64,000 nt of DNA from an uncultured Desulfobacteraceae bacterium (GCA_937982505.1 CALJLV010000086.1:10990-74989); one strand, 5' to 3'; positions 29,009 to 37,000 are shown, numbered from the stretch's first letter. Numbers and translations: made by a program. Notes: generated by a model from the sequence alone, not told the origin.

Positions 29009-29341
29009 GTGACGACCGAAGAAATCGCGAAAGTGGCTGAAATGGCGGCCGATCGTGCCTTAGCCAAATATTGCGAAAAACCGCCTTGCGGCCTCCCTAA
29101 AGACGCGGCGTGCGAGCTGTCTCACTTCATGGGCATGGTCAAGGACATCGGCGGCGATTCCTACGCCAAAGGGATCGAGGCGATCCGGTCGAACAACAAG
29201 ATCGTGATGCGATACCTCCGGCTGTGCGAGCGAATCGGCAATTCGATGGTTGCGTTGGTGGTCGCTGCCATCTTCGGGATCGTCTGGCTGGTTGCCGGGC
29301 GCGGGTGTCAGGCATGGTTTCGCGATTTTTTATATCCATGA
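29009..29341 (+). CDS. small membrane protein (C-terminal TM helix)
   Basis: GTG after GAGGTGA. MVALVVAAIFGIVWLVAG is a hydrophobic helix. Confidence 0.5.
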   Translation: MTTEEIAKVAEMAADRALAKYCEKPPCGLPKDAACELSHFMGMVKDIGGDSYAKGIEAIRSNNKIVMRYLRLCERIGNSMVALVVAAIFGIVWLVAGRGCQAWFRDFLYP

Positions 29342-29354
29342 AAGGAGGAGCGAA

Positions 29355-29711
29355 GTGGGCATCGTCCGTATCCTGATCAAAATTGTCACCGCGGCGCCTA
29401 TGCTGCGCTACATCGCCGAGAAGGCCAATGGCTACAAGACCATCATCGGGGCCGTCGGCCTTGTCGGCGCGATCCTTGGGCACATCGCCAACGCCCTGTA
29501 TCCGGGCATGGTCGTGATGCCTCCCCAGGACCTGGAGGCGGTGCTCAACGGCGCCATCGGTGCTTTCGGGACGCTATTCGGCGCCGGTGCGGCCCACAAG
29601 GCGGCCAAACAACGCCGGGCCGAAAAGGAGATGGAATCGACGAACCGGGAACTGGACGCCTTGAAAGCGCGACTCGAAAAGTACGAGGGCGAGAATCGAG
29701 ACGTGAAATGA
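29355..29711 (+). CDS. holin-like membrane protein (2 TM + charged coiled-coil tail)
   Basis: GTG after AGGAGG. Two hydrophobic segments, then KQRRAEKEMESTNRELDALKARLEKYE. Confidence 0.5.
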   Translation: MGIVRILIKIVTAAPMLRYIAEKANGYKTIIGAVGLVGAILGHIANALYPGMVVMPPQDLEAVLNGAIGAFGTLFGAGAAHKAAKQRRAEKEMESTNRELDALKARLEKYEGENRDVK

Positions 29712-29836
29712 ACCGCGATCCTACCGACGGCGGGCTGCGGGAGATCCGGCCGACGATCATTTCAAAGACGGTGCGGGTCGACTGGGACCTTGCGCTTATT
29801 CGGTGGCTCAAACGCTTGTTAAAAAGGAGAAAATAA
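29708..29836 (+). CDS. possible 42-aa basic peptide
   Basis: ATGA coupling to the previous stop. Below the ORF-track length cut-off. No other support. Confidence 0.25.
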   Translation: MNRDPTDGGLREIRPTIISKTVRVDWDLALIRWLKRLLKRRK

Positions 29837-29838
29837 CG

Positions 29839-30132
29839 ATGTGGATCCAGCTAAAGGCAATAGTGTTGGGGGTGTGGAACTTCCTGGTGCCGTTCATCCA
29901 GATGTTTTTGACCAGCGCCGGCGTCGCGCTGGCCAACGCTGCGATGCAGGCGGTGGCTGCGGTGGCGGCCGACAACACGATCCTGGCCAATGAGGACAAG
30001 CGCAAGGCCGCGTTTGACAGGATCGTGGCAGATCTGACGGCCAGCGGTATCCGGATAGGCGTCGAGGTCACTACATCGATGATCAACGGTGCCATCGAGG
30101 CGGCGGTACGGAATCAAAAGGCCACCGGCTGA
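29839..30132 (+). CDS. LL-H-type holin-family-like protein
   Basis: AAGGAG RBS 8 nt upstream. N-terminal TM helices. C-terminus NEDKRKAAFDRIVADLTASGIRIG....INGAIEAAV resembles the G.EK...A.......GI......IEAAV tail of LL-H holins. Confidence 0.55.
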   Translation: MWIQLKAIVLGVWNFLVPFIQMFLTSAGVALANAAMQAVAAVAADNTILANEDKRKAAFDRIVADLTASGIRIGVEVTTSMINGAIEAAVRNQKATG

Positions 30133-30134
30133 CA

Positions 30135-30179
30135 GCCCTGGCGAAGGCCGGACTATTTTTTTTCGGCCTTCGCCAGGGC
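30135..30179. terminator. bidirectional stem-loop terminator
   Basis: Perfect 16-bp stem GCCCTGGCGAAGGCCG / CGGCCTTCGCCAGGGC with a T-rich loop, between convergent genes. The right arm overlaps the 3' end of 30153-30344. Confidence 0.7.
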
Positions 30180-30344
30180 ATCCTCAAGAGCCAGGACCAA
30201 AAAATCCTGCATGGTTATCCCTGACGCGGCGCAATAGGTTTTCAGCCGCCGCTTCAGCTCTCTTCCTATCTTTACGTTCATCGCCTCCTTGCCCTTTTTT
30301 TCCGGCAGATTTTCAATAATGGCCACCAGTGCGGGGTCTGCCAT
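30153..30344 (-). CDS. ribbon-helix-helix (CopG/Arc-type) DNA-binding protein
   Basis: MNVKIGRELKRRLKTYCAASGITMQDFLVLALEDAL is a typical RHH beta-alpha-alpha. GGAGGG RBS before ATG 30344. Confidence 0.7.
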   Translation of the reverse strand: MADPALVAIIENLPEKKGKEAMNVKIGRELKRRLKTYCAASGITMQDFLVLALEDALAKAEKK

Positions 30345-30473
30345 GTATTCCCTCCGATCTTTAAATCTTTATACCTCTACCAATCATGAATCACTTTGCC
30401 GAACCCGTCAACTCCGGGCGGCGGTCGAAATGAGGCTTTTCCGACTCGGCTTTCGGATCTGCAAATTTTTTGC

Positions 30474-30502
30474 TTGACAAAAGCTATCGGGGGCGATAGA
30501 TT
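30474..30502 (+). promoter_or_regulatory. sigma70-type promoter with palindromic operator in the spacer
   Basis: TTGACA (30474-30479), 17 nt spacer, TAGATT (30497-30502). The spacer contains the inverted repeat CTATCG-GGGG-CGATAG. Confidence 0.5.
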
Positions 30503-30590
30503 AGGGGCAAAGAGAAACGGAACCCACACGATTGCCGGTGACTTTTTTGCCCCCGCCGCCGGGGCACTAAAAATAGGCGGCAGGGAGGGC

Positions 30591-31331
30591 ATGATGAAAG
30601 TATTAAGTGTTTCCACTGAGGGGGTCGGGCCGGTCAACGCCGACCTGGTCGCGGCCAAAAACGGCGCCCGCTATTATGCGGTGCGCCACGGGGAACCCGG
30701 CCGCGGCCGGTGGGAAGTACGCTTCCCGCTGGCGGCGCGGGAGTTCCCAGCGCCCGAGCCGCCCCCGGTTGGGGTGCTGGTTGAGGCGCCGGACCTGCGG
30801 GAAGGGGCGGACCGATCCCGCCTGGACTTCGTTCGCTGCCCCGTTTGCGGGGCGGAGCCGGACGACAACTGGGTCCGGCACCACGCCGGGGACCCCTGCC
30901 CGGCGTGCTTGGCGTCGGCACGAAAGGCCGACAAGCCCCTGCCGCTGGACGGGGACGAGTTCAAGCTGGTGGATCTCCACCGGCAGGACCCCCGGGGCAA
31001 CGGGCTTTTTTTGCTGGCCCGTGGGGACGACGACGGGACCGCCCTGGTCCTGTGGTCCCTGTCCCCGGGGTACCGGGGAGGGGCCAACCACAAGATAAGT
31101 GGCCAGGCCCGCATCATCGCCAAGGGCGAAGAAGCCCAAGGCGACGCCGGCCGCATGGGCGGCGCCGACTGCCCCGTGGTCCACGTCACCGGCCCCTGCC
31201 GGCTTGAGTGGACCCGCACCGGGCGCCTCTACGGCACCCCGGCCGACTGGGTTGCCGAATTCGACGGATCCACTTGGACCGTCGGGCCGGCATGTGAGTG
31301 CGCGGTTGAGGACGCCGCGCTGAACTACTAA
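30591..31331 (+). CDS. hypothetical protein with CxxC...CxxC zinc ribbon
   Basis: ATG after GGGAGGG. CPVCGAEPDD...CPACL. The upstream part of listed ORF 30396-31331 is discarded. Confidence 0.6.
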   Translation: MMKVLSVSTEGVGPVNADLVAAKNGARYYAVRHGEPGRGRWEVRFPLAAREFPAPEPPPVGVLVEAPDLREGADRSRLDFVRCPVCGAEPDDNWVRHHAGDPCPACLASARKADKPLPLDGDEFKLVDLHRQDPRGNGLFLLARGDDDGTALVLWSLSPGYRGGANHKISGQARIIAKGEEAQGDAGRMGGADCPVVHVTGPCRLEWTRTGRLYGTPADWVAEFDGSTWTVGPACECAVEDAALNY

Positions 31332-31336
31332 ACGAT

Positions 31337-31365
31337 GGGGCTGCGCTTCGGCGCAGCCCCTTTTT
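31337..31365 (+). terminator. rho-independent terminator
   Basis: GGGGCTGCGC-TTCG-GCGCAGCCCC followed by TTTTT. Confidence 0.75.
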
Positions 31366-31380
31366 CTTTTGGAGGGCGTT

Positions 31381-31830
31381 ATGGCCAGATATCTGCTCAA
31401 CTCAGCGGTTGTCACGTCGCCGGGCCGGTACGAGTACTGGCTCTGCGACACCGAGACCGCCCGGCGGTGGATGGCCGCCGGTCCGGTCGAGTCAACAATC
31501 GGATACCAGGAGACCGCCGACGCATTGGCGACGCTCCTGGGCCGCGAGGTGGCCGTGAACAGGCGCATGGTCAAAATGGCACCGGGCGATGAGGCGTTGG
31601 TATTCCGCCTGACCGTCAGGTTGGCCGATCCCTCGGTCAAGGGTCGGATCAACGACCCGGAGTGGCTCGCCCAAAATTCGGAAATCGGCATCCTGAGCCG
31701 GGCGCCGGAGTACGAGGCCCTGCATGGGTGCGCGACCTGCGCCCACGCTCCGGCCGGATCAAGCGATTGCCCCCCGTCCATGGCGGACGCCTGCCAGGGG
31801 GGTGGAATGCACTGGGAACCGAGACGGTAA
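31381..31830 (+). CDS. DUF1874 (STIV B116 / AcrIII-1 family)-like protein with Cys-rich C-terminal extension
   Basis: MARYLLNSAVVTSPG...STIGYQETADAL...VNRRMVKMAPGDEALVFRLTVRL..PSVKGR parallels the family consensus (..L.NAFS.NML...IGHDST...NR..VKM..GDEAL......RL.EGK). GGAGGG RBS. Confidence 0.65.
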   Translation: MARYLLNSAVVTSPGRYEYWLCDTETARRWMAAGPVESTIGYQETADALATLLGREVAVNRRMVKMAPGDEALVFRLTVRLADPSVKGRINDPEWLAQNSEIGILSRAPEYEALHGCATCAHAPAGSSDCPPSMADACQGGGMHWEPRR

Positions 31831-31873
31831 AAAACGCCCCGCCGCCGGGCAAAAGGCGGCAAGGGAGAGAGCG

Positions 31874-32971
31874 ATGAAAGGAATAACCACCAGAAAAGAA
31901 GGCCGCCGGGTCTACGTCGAGGGCAAGACCTTCTTCATCAAGGACCGGCTCCGGGCCATGGGCGGCCACTGGGACCCGGACAAAAAGGCATGGTGGGTCT
32001 CTTCGGCCAAAGAGACCGATCTTGCCAAGTTGTTGGACGCCGCGGCCAAGGACGCCGGCAAACCCGGTTACGGCCAGACATTCAAGGCCGAAAAACCGGG
32101 GACGTGCTCCAAATGCGGCGGCCCCATAATCAAGGGGAACAAAGTCCGCTATCGCTATCCCGAAAAGGCCATTGAGCACGAAGACTGCGAGCGGGCAGCC
32201 GCTTTTGTCGCCCGGAAAGAGGGTGAGAAAAAGGCCGATGGTGAAAAGAAAAGGGCCGAGCGAGAGGCCCGGAGAGCGATAGAAAAGGCCGAGGCCCCCT
32301 ATGCACTGGAAGGCGGATCCGGGTATGGGTGCCATGGATGGGATGTCGGCCAGACCATGCGCATGTCAAAATCGGCCCAAGAAAAAGGCTACCCCGAGTA
32401 TGTGACCGTCGTGCGCGCCGGAAAGCAGTATTTCCGTGAGGACGGTTTGAGCTTCTGGGTCGGCGCCGACCAGGGCTACACCTATTGGGCCGACTGCCGG
32501 GAAGCCACGCCGGAAGAGATTGCCCCGGTCAAGGCCCGGATCGAGGCTGCGGAAGCGGTGAAGACCGCCAAGGCCGAGGTGGAGGCCATCAAAAAACGGA
32601 TTCAGGCTGAAGGCGAGCGGCCGGAGGGCGACAACATCCCGGAAGGCGCCCGCCTCTTCAACACCCAGACCATCTATGGGGGTGGGGATTGGTTCGTTGT
32701 CGGGCCGGAGTGGATCTGGTATGTCCGGAACAACGGCGGGGACGGTGACAGTTGGGTCAACAACAATGTCCGCACCGGTGGCGCCGGCGCCATCGGCTGG
32801 AGGGTGCCGTACAGCCGGAATATCGCCGGGGACCTGTATCGGCTGGAGGGGATTGTGGATCCGGACAGCGCCAAAAAGCGAGGTCTTGAAAACCTGGAAG
32901 GGCTTTCGTTCGCCGAAAAGCGTCGGGCTCAAAAAGCGGCACTAGCCGCGATGAAGGGAGGCAAATCATGA
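31874..32971 (+). CDS. hypothetical protein
   Basis: AAGGGAGAGA RBS. The N-terminal motif GKTFFIKDRLRAMGGHWDPDKKAWWV recurs in phage proteins of unknown role. Confidence 0.6.
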   Translation: MKGITTRKEGRRVYVEGKTFFIKDRLRAMGGHWDPDKKAWWVSSAKETDLAKLLDAAAKDAGKPGYGQTFKAEKPGTCSKCGGPIIKGNKVRYRYPEKAIEHEDCERAAAFVARKEGEKKADGEKKRAEREARRAIEKAEAPYALEGGSGYGCHGWDVGQTMRMSKSAQEKGYPEYVTVVRAGKQYFREDGLSFWVGADQGYTYWADCREATPEEIAPVKARIEAAEAVKTAKAEVEAIKKRIQAEGERPEGDNIPEGARLFNTQTIYGGGDWFVVGPEWIWYVRNNGGDGDSWVNNNVRTGGAGAIGWRVPYSRNIAGDLYRLEGIVDPDSAKKRGLENLEGLSFAEKRRAQKAALAAMKGGKS

Positions 32972-33519
32972 GCTGGGAAGCGCAGTGGTACAACGAGCAG
33001 TGTCCGAAGATTAAAAACCTGGCCGCGGCGGACCGCAAGGACCCAACGGTACCGATCCGCCTGGCCCTCGGATTCACCCTTGGCGCCGCCGGCTACCGGT
33101 CGGTCCAGGACCTGAAGGGCAATGGCCTCTGGTTCTGGCCACGCCGCACCGGCAACTGGTGGGCCATTCCGCCGGAGATTGACCAGGCAATCCGAGATGA
33201 GCAAAATGCCGCCATCGAGGCGGCTTGCAGCGTGAACGGTTCGGCCGACACGGCCCAAATCGCCGAGGTCTTGCGGCGGAAGCTCAAGGCCACCGGGTTC
33301 CCAACGAGCATTGACGACACCCGGGTCAACGAGGTGATTTTTCCGGTCGGCGATGGACCGGACCCCTTGTCACGGAAAGTCCGCCGGATTGTCAGCGGCT
33401 ACAAGGAAGAAAGAAACCGGGTCGCGGACGACCCGGTACAGTCAGTGGCCATCGACTGGGCTTTGATCGAAATCTCCCTGCCGACAGGGACGCAACGGGA
33501 AAGAGGAGGGGACTCTTGA
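32968..33519 (+). CDS. hypothetical protein
   Basis: ATGA translational coupling. Confidence 0.55.
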   Translation: MSWEAQWYNEQCPKIKNLAAADRKDPTVPIRLALGFTLGAAGYRSVQDLKGNGLWFWPRRTGNWWAIPPEIDQAIRDEQNAAIEAACSVNGSADTAQIAEVLRRKLKATGFPTSIDDTRVNEVIFPVGDGPDPLSRKVRRIVSGYKEERNRVADDPVQSVAIDWALIEISLPTGTQRERGGDS

Positions 33520-33809
33520 AAATCCTCACACGCCCCCAAATTTCAGCAATCGAGTGCGAGGCCCTGAAGCGGCTCAAGGCCTCGCACCTTGCCGCCCTGG
33601 ATGAAATCGACCGCCTTCGCGCCGGCGCTCGCGCCAACGCGTCCGGAATGCTTACCGCCAGGGACCTGGCGGAAAAACTGGGCATCACTAGCGCCCGGAT
33701 CCGTCAGATTGCCACCACCATTCCGGGAGCTAAAAAAACCGGTATCGGGTGGCTTTTCCCGGAGCATGCCGCCGATAACCCGCCGTTTAAAAAAATGGGG
33801 GAACCATGA
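33516..33809 (+). CDS. HTH DNA-binding protein
   Basis: TTG start overlapping the previous stop. LTARDLAEKLGITSARIRQIAT is a helix-turn-helix. Confidence 0.5.
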   Translation: MKILTRPQISAIECEALKRLKASHLAALDEIDRLRAGARANASGMLTARDLAEKLGITSARIRQIATTIPGAKKTGIGWLFPEHAADNPPFKKMGEP

Positions 33810-34342
33810 AAACGCTTACCGCCTATGAAGCCGGCAAGCCCTTCCCCGGCCCTGTCCCGACCGAAGAGGGGGCCATCCTGGAAATGACGGCCGGCGGCCC
33901 GGTGGTCCTGATCCAGTGCCCCGGCCTGACCCGTCCCGAGGTCCAAGCGTTCAAAAAGGGGTTCCGGTCCTATGCGTTCTGGAGTCCGCCCGGGGTCCCT
34001 GTGCCCATCGCGATATGGGCCTTCGAATTCCAAAAGCCCCTAAGTCCGATGGACGTCAATTTTGACGCCCACAAGGCCGACCGCGGGCACGTCGAGGCCT
34101 ACCTCGAAACCCATGAGGGACTGAAGAACGCCTTGACCTTTCACCTGCTTGACGGGCCGATGCTCCGGGCCAACAAGATCGTGGGGCTCGAACCGGCGGC
34201 GGTGAAGCTCTTTCATGCCACGATCCGGGCGCAACTGGCGGCCAAGTACACCGCGGCCGACTTCGATCGGTATCTTGACGGCGTCTACAACTATTCGACC
34301 GTCGAGATTCTGGCCATGGGCACCAGGTTCAAACACCGATGA
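33806..34342 (+). CDS. hypothetical protein
   Basis: ATGA translational coupling. Confidence 0.55.
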   Translation: MKTLTAYEAGKPFPGPVPTEEGAILEMTAGGPVVLIQCPGLTRPEVQAFKKGFRSYAFWSPPGVPVPIAIWAFEFQKPLSPMDVNFDAHKADRGHVEAYLETHEGLKNALTFHLLDGPMLRANKIVGLEPAAVKLFHATIRAQLAAKYTAADFDRYLDGVYNYSTVEILAMGTRFKHR

Positions 34343-34420
34343 TTTTTTTTGAAAAACCATCCATCCGTGCCGTCTAAGTGGATATCAACCCAAACGGCCG
34401 GATGGCCAAAAGGAGGCAAC

Positions 34421-34954
34421 ATGAACGATCGCCCCTCACAAGAAAACCTAAAGTGGCCTCTGGCGGTCGCCCGCATTCTGCGGGACCGCCTGGGGTGGTC
34501 CAGCACTCATCTTTTGGTTGAATTGCTGGACCACCCCACAGCCGTCGTCGCTGGCGCCGACGACGGTTACAACCAAACGGTTCGGTTCGACGGCGCCCCG
34601 GACTCCTTCGGCAACGGGTGGGCCGTCGAGGGGGGGTGCGGGTACGGGTCGAAGGTTTCGGTCGGCCCGGGCCACGTTCTGGTCGCCTCATGCGGCGGCC
34701 ACTGGGTAGAGGCCCGCCGCATCCATTCCGAGGGCACCAGGTTCCTCACGGACCGCAGGGAGTCCCAAAGGTCTTGGGCCGACGCACTCTGCCCCGAGTG
34801 CGACGGCCACGGCGACGACGGCCACGGCGACGACTGCCCCGAGTGCGGCGGAAGCGGCCGCTCCGGCCTCACCGGCCGCGACCTGAGCAACAGCCGCGAG
34901 GCCGCCCTGGAAGAGGCCTTCGCGTGCGCGGTCGAGGCGGGATTTACCGATTGA
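34421..34954 (+). CDS. hypothetical protein with DnaJ-type CxxCxGxG zinc-finger pair
   Basis: AAAGGAGG RBS. CPECDGHG....CPECGGSG. Confidence 0.55.
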   Translation: MNDRPSQENLKWPLAVARILRDRLGWSSTHLLVELLDHPTAVVAGADDGYNQTVRFDGAPDSFGNGWAVEGGCGYGSKVSVGPGHVLVASCGGHWVEARRIHSEGTRFLTDRRESQRSWADALCPECDGHGDDGHGDDCPECGGSGRSGLTGRDLSNSREAALEEAFACAVEAGFTD

Positions 34955-35007
34955 GGCGGCCCTTGCCGCCGCCCTGGCAAAATAAGTACCTCCCCCACCA
35001 AACAGAA

Positions 35008-35046
35008 GGCCCCCGGTCGAGATCCGCCGGGGGCCTTTTGTTTTTC
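35008..35046 (+). terminator. rho-independent terminator
   Basis: GGCCCCCGG - 10-nt loop - CCGGGGGCC followed by TTTTGTTTTT. Confidence 0.75.
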
Positions 35047-35082
35047 AAAACCCGGGTTTTGATGGGCCTGGCGGCCGGAAAC

Positions 35083-35146
35083 TGTGCTACTTTTGTGCTA
35101 ATTCCCGTGGCGACGGTGTGCTAATTTCGGACCCCAAAATAGCACA
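35083..35146. repeat. four copies of TGTGCTA (three direct, one inverted): candidate Int/Xis arm-type sites
   Basis: TGTGCTA at 35083, 35094 and 35117. TAGCACA at 35140. They lie immediately beside the tRNA-derived core. Confidence 0.45.
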
Positions 35147-35205
35147 AATGGGCAACTTTTAGCAATTTTGACAACCCCCGATTTCTCGTAAACCCCTGTA
35201 AAGGC

Positions 35206-35250
35206 TGGTGCCCCCGGCGTGAATCGAACACGCGGCACATGGATTAGGAA
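35206..35250 (-). other. 3' fragment of a tRNA gene (anticodon-loop side to CCA): attachment-site core
   Basis: The reverse complement reads ..TTCCTAA-TCCAT-GTGCC-GCGTG-TTCGATT-CACGC-CGGGGGC-A-CCA. The T arm is perfect and the acceptor 3' strand and CCA are present. There is no matching 5' acceptor strand or D arm upstream. Confidence 0.6.
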
Positions 35251-35291
35251 GCCTTGCGCCAGGCGTGGAAAATGCCTGTTTTAACGGCCTG

Positions 35292-35963
35292 TTACCGCTC
35301 AGTAAAAACGCTGTGAGCTACCGGTGAGCTATTTCTTGTTGCCGGGTCGATCTTGCGGATAGGTTTTTTTGCCCGGTGCGACCTGTTGGCCACAAATAGT
35401 TTTATCTTGTCATATCGAGAATATACCCATGTCGTTGGGTGCCGCTTTTCCCCGATCAGCCAAAGCTCATCCGCCTTTATTGACGGGTCCCCAAGATACC
35501 GGAGGCATTGACCGAGATACCTTTCGGATAGGTGCCCAAGTTTGAACTCCACTATTACGGTCTTGCCGTCGCTGACCCCGTAAAGATCAACGATACCTGC
35601 GCCAATCGCAAACTGCTTCTTTTGCTCCCTCAGCCCATACTCGGAACGAAGAAATGGCATGATCGCGTTTTGAAACTCATCTTCCGACGAATATGTTTTT
35701 ATGTTTTTTGGTCGAGGGGCTACGATGCCGCGTCTTTCTATTTCCCTGATAAGATTTGTATTCCTTGCGTCAATCGCTTCAAGTATCCTTTTGTTTTGCA
35801 ACAACAAATCGTGATAGATAAGCATTAGGTCGACTTCGTTTTTTATAATGGCAAAACGCTTTTTGGCCTCTAAATAATTGCTCGTTCGAAGCGATATCCT
35901 TTTCCCTCCGCTTTGAGGAATTGAACAATAATAGACCCCGTTGTCTCTTTTATATACTGTCAT
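35292..35963 (-). CDS. PD-(D/E)xK (NucS/DUF91-like) nuclease with integrase-arm-binding-like N-terminus
   Basis: [21 protein letters not shown] is a D...E.K nuclease motif. The N-terminus [16 protein letters not shown]...[15 protein letters not shown] parallels the integrase N-terminus [16 protein letters not shown]...[15 protein letters not shown]. Markedly low G+C. Confidence 0.7.
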   Translation of the reverse strand: MTVYKRDNGVYYCSIPQSGGKRISLRTSNYLEAKKRFAIIKNEVDLMLIYHDLLLQNKRILEAIDARNTNLIREIERRGIVAPRPKNIKTYSSEDEFQNAIMPFLRSEYGLREQKKQFAIGAGIVDLYGVSDGKTVIVEFKLGHLSERYLGQCLRYLGDPSIKADELWLIGEKRHPTTWVYSRYDKIKLFVANRSHRAKKPIRKIDPATRNSSPVAHSVFTER

Positions 35964-37000
35964 TTGACTATTTCCAATTTTATATGCCCGCTAGATTTGT
36001 GCAAATTTCCGAGTTTTGAGACGGCCCGGCGAAGGTGTTCCGGGGACAGGTGGGAATAGATCGCTGTCACTGTCAAATCGCTATGCCCGAGCAGTTCTTG
36101 AACCGATCTGAGGTCGGCGCCGGACATCACCAGGTGAGAGGCGAAGCTGTGTCGGAGGTCGTGCAACCGACCGGACATTTCAAGACGTCTCATCAGGCGG
36201 CCCCACCGGTGCGTAATCCGGTCCGGGCTATTCCAGCATGCCCATAGCCGGCCGACCGGGGCCGCCTTGGCTCTGCGCGCCAAAACTTCGAGCGCCATGG
36301 GTTCCATCGGCACGACTCGGCCGCGGGTTTTGCTCGTTCGGACCGTCAAAAGGCAGCTTGCGGCGTCGACGTCCCGGGCCGTCAGGTGCCACAACTCGGA
36401 TCGGCGCAACCCGGTATAGAGAAAAACCGTTATCGCGTCGTGGAAGTCCTTGTCGCCGGCGATTTCGGCAAAGATCCGTTTCAGTTCGGCCTCGGAATAG
36501 AATCGCGGCGGGGCCGGATCCACCTTGATCCGCTGGCATCGGTCGTATGGGTTGGATTTCAGGATTTCCCACTTGACCGCCTGGCTGAATGCGGCCCGAA
36601 GGTGCCGATAGGTGATGGCCACCCCGGACCGCTTGAGCCCGGACCGAATCAGGTCCGTGTGGAATTCGTCGAGGCGCTTCGGCGTGATCGCCGTCAACAG
36701 GATTGACCCGCCGATCCATTCGACCAGCTTGTTGACCGAATAGGTATCGCGCTTGTGGGCCTTCTTGTGGGCCTCACAATGGCGCCGGTATTCCGTGGCG
36801 AATTGTGCCAAGGTGGTCGTTTTGTCGCGCTCCAGGGCGACGAGGTTGCCCCGGAGAGCTTCGCGTTTGGCCATCGCAAAGAGCCGTTCGGCGGTCTGTT
36901 TGTCGCGGGTCTTGAGGCTTTTCCGCCGGTTCCCGGGCAGGGCGATGTACCAGGTCCCGCTATCGCGTTGATAGAGGCGCATAGGCAGGGGCATTAGCAT
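35960..37000 (-). CDS. int: tyrosine integrase
   Basis: R ([10 protein letters not shown]), HxxR ([11 protein letters not shown]) and H...Y ([15 protein letters not shown]) catalytic signature. Start at ATG 37000 or 36994, at the xis stop. The longer listed ORF to 37201 overlaps xis and is discarded. Confidence 0.9.
   Translation of the reverse strand: MLMPLPMRLYQRDSGTWYIALPGNRRKSLKTRDKQTAERLFAMAKREALRGNLVALERDKTTTLAQFATEYRRHCEAHKKAHKRDTYSVNKLVEWIGGSILLTAITPKRLDEFHTDLIRSGLKRSGVAITYRHLRAAFSQAVKWEILKSNPYDRCQRIKVDPAPPRFYSEAELKRIFAEIAGDKDFHDAITVFLYTGLRRSELWHLTARDVDAASCLLTVRTSKTRGRVVPMEPMALEVLARRAKAAPVGRLWACWNSPDRITHRWGRLMRRLEMSGRLHDLRHSFASHLVMSGADLRSVQELLGHSDLTVTAIYSHLSPEHLRRAVSKLGNLHKSSGHIKLEIVK

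Noticed and set aside
30603-31862. 419-aa minus-strand ORF across the accessory region
   Set aside because: It lies antisense to two plus-strand genes that have RBSs and terminators, and it spans a rho-independent terminator. Its composition is Arg/Pro/Gly-rich.
35206-35285. A complete tRNA gene on the minus strand
   Set aside because: Only the anticodon-loop side, variable loop, T arm, acceptor 3' strand and CCA are present. The expected 5' acceptor strand (GCCCCCG) and a D arm are absent upstream. Only 3 of 5 anticodon-stem pairs form.
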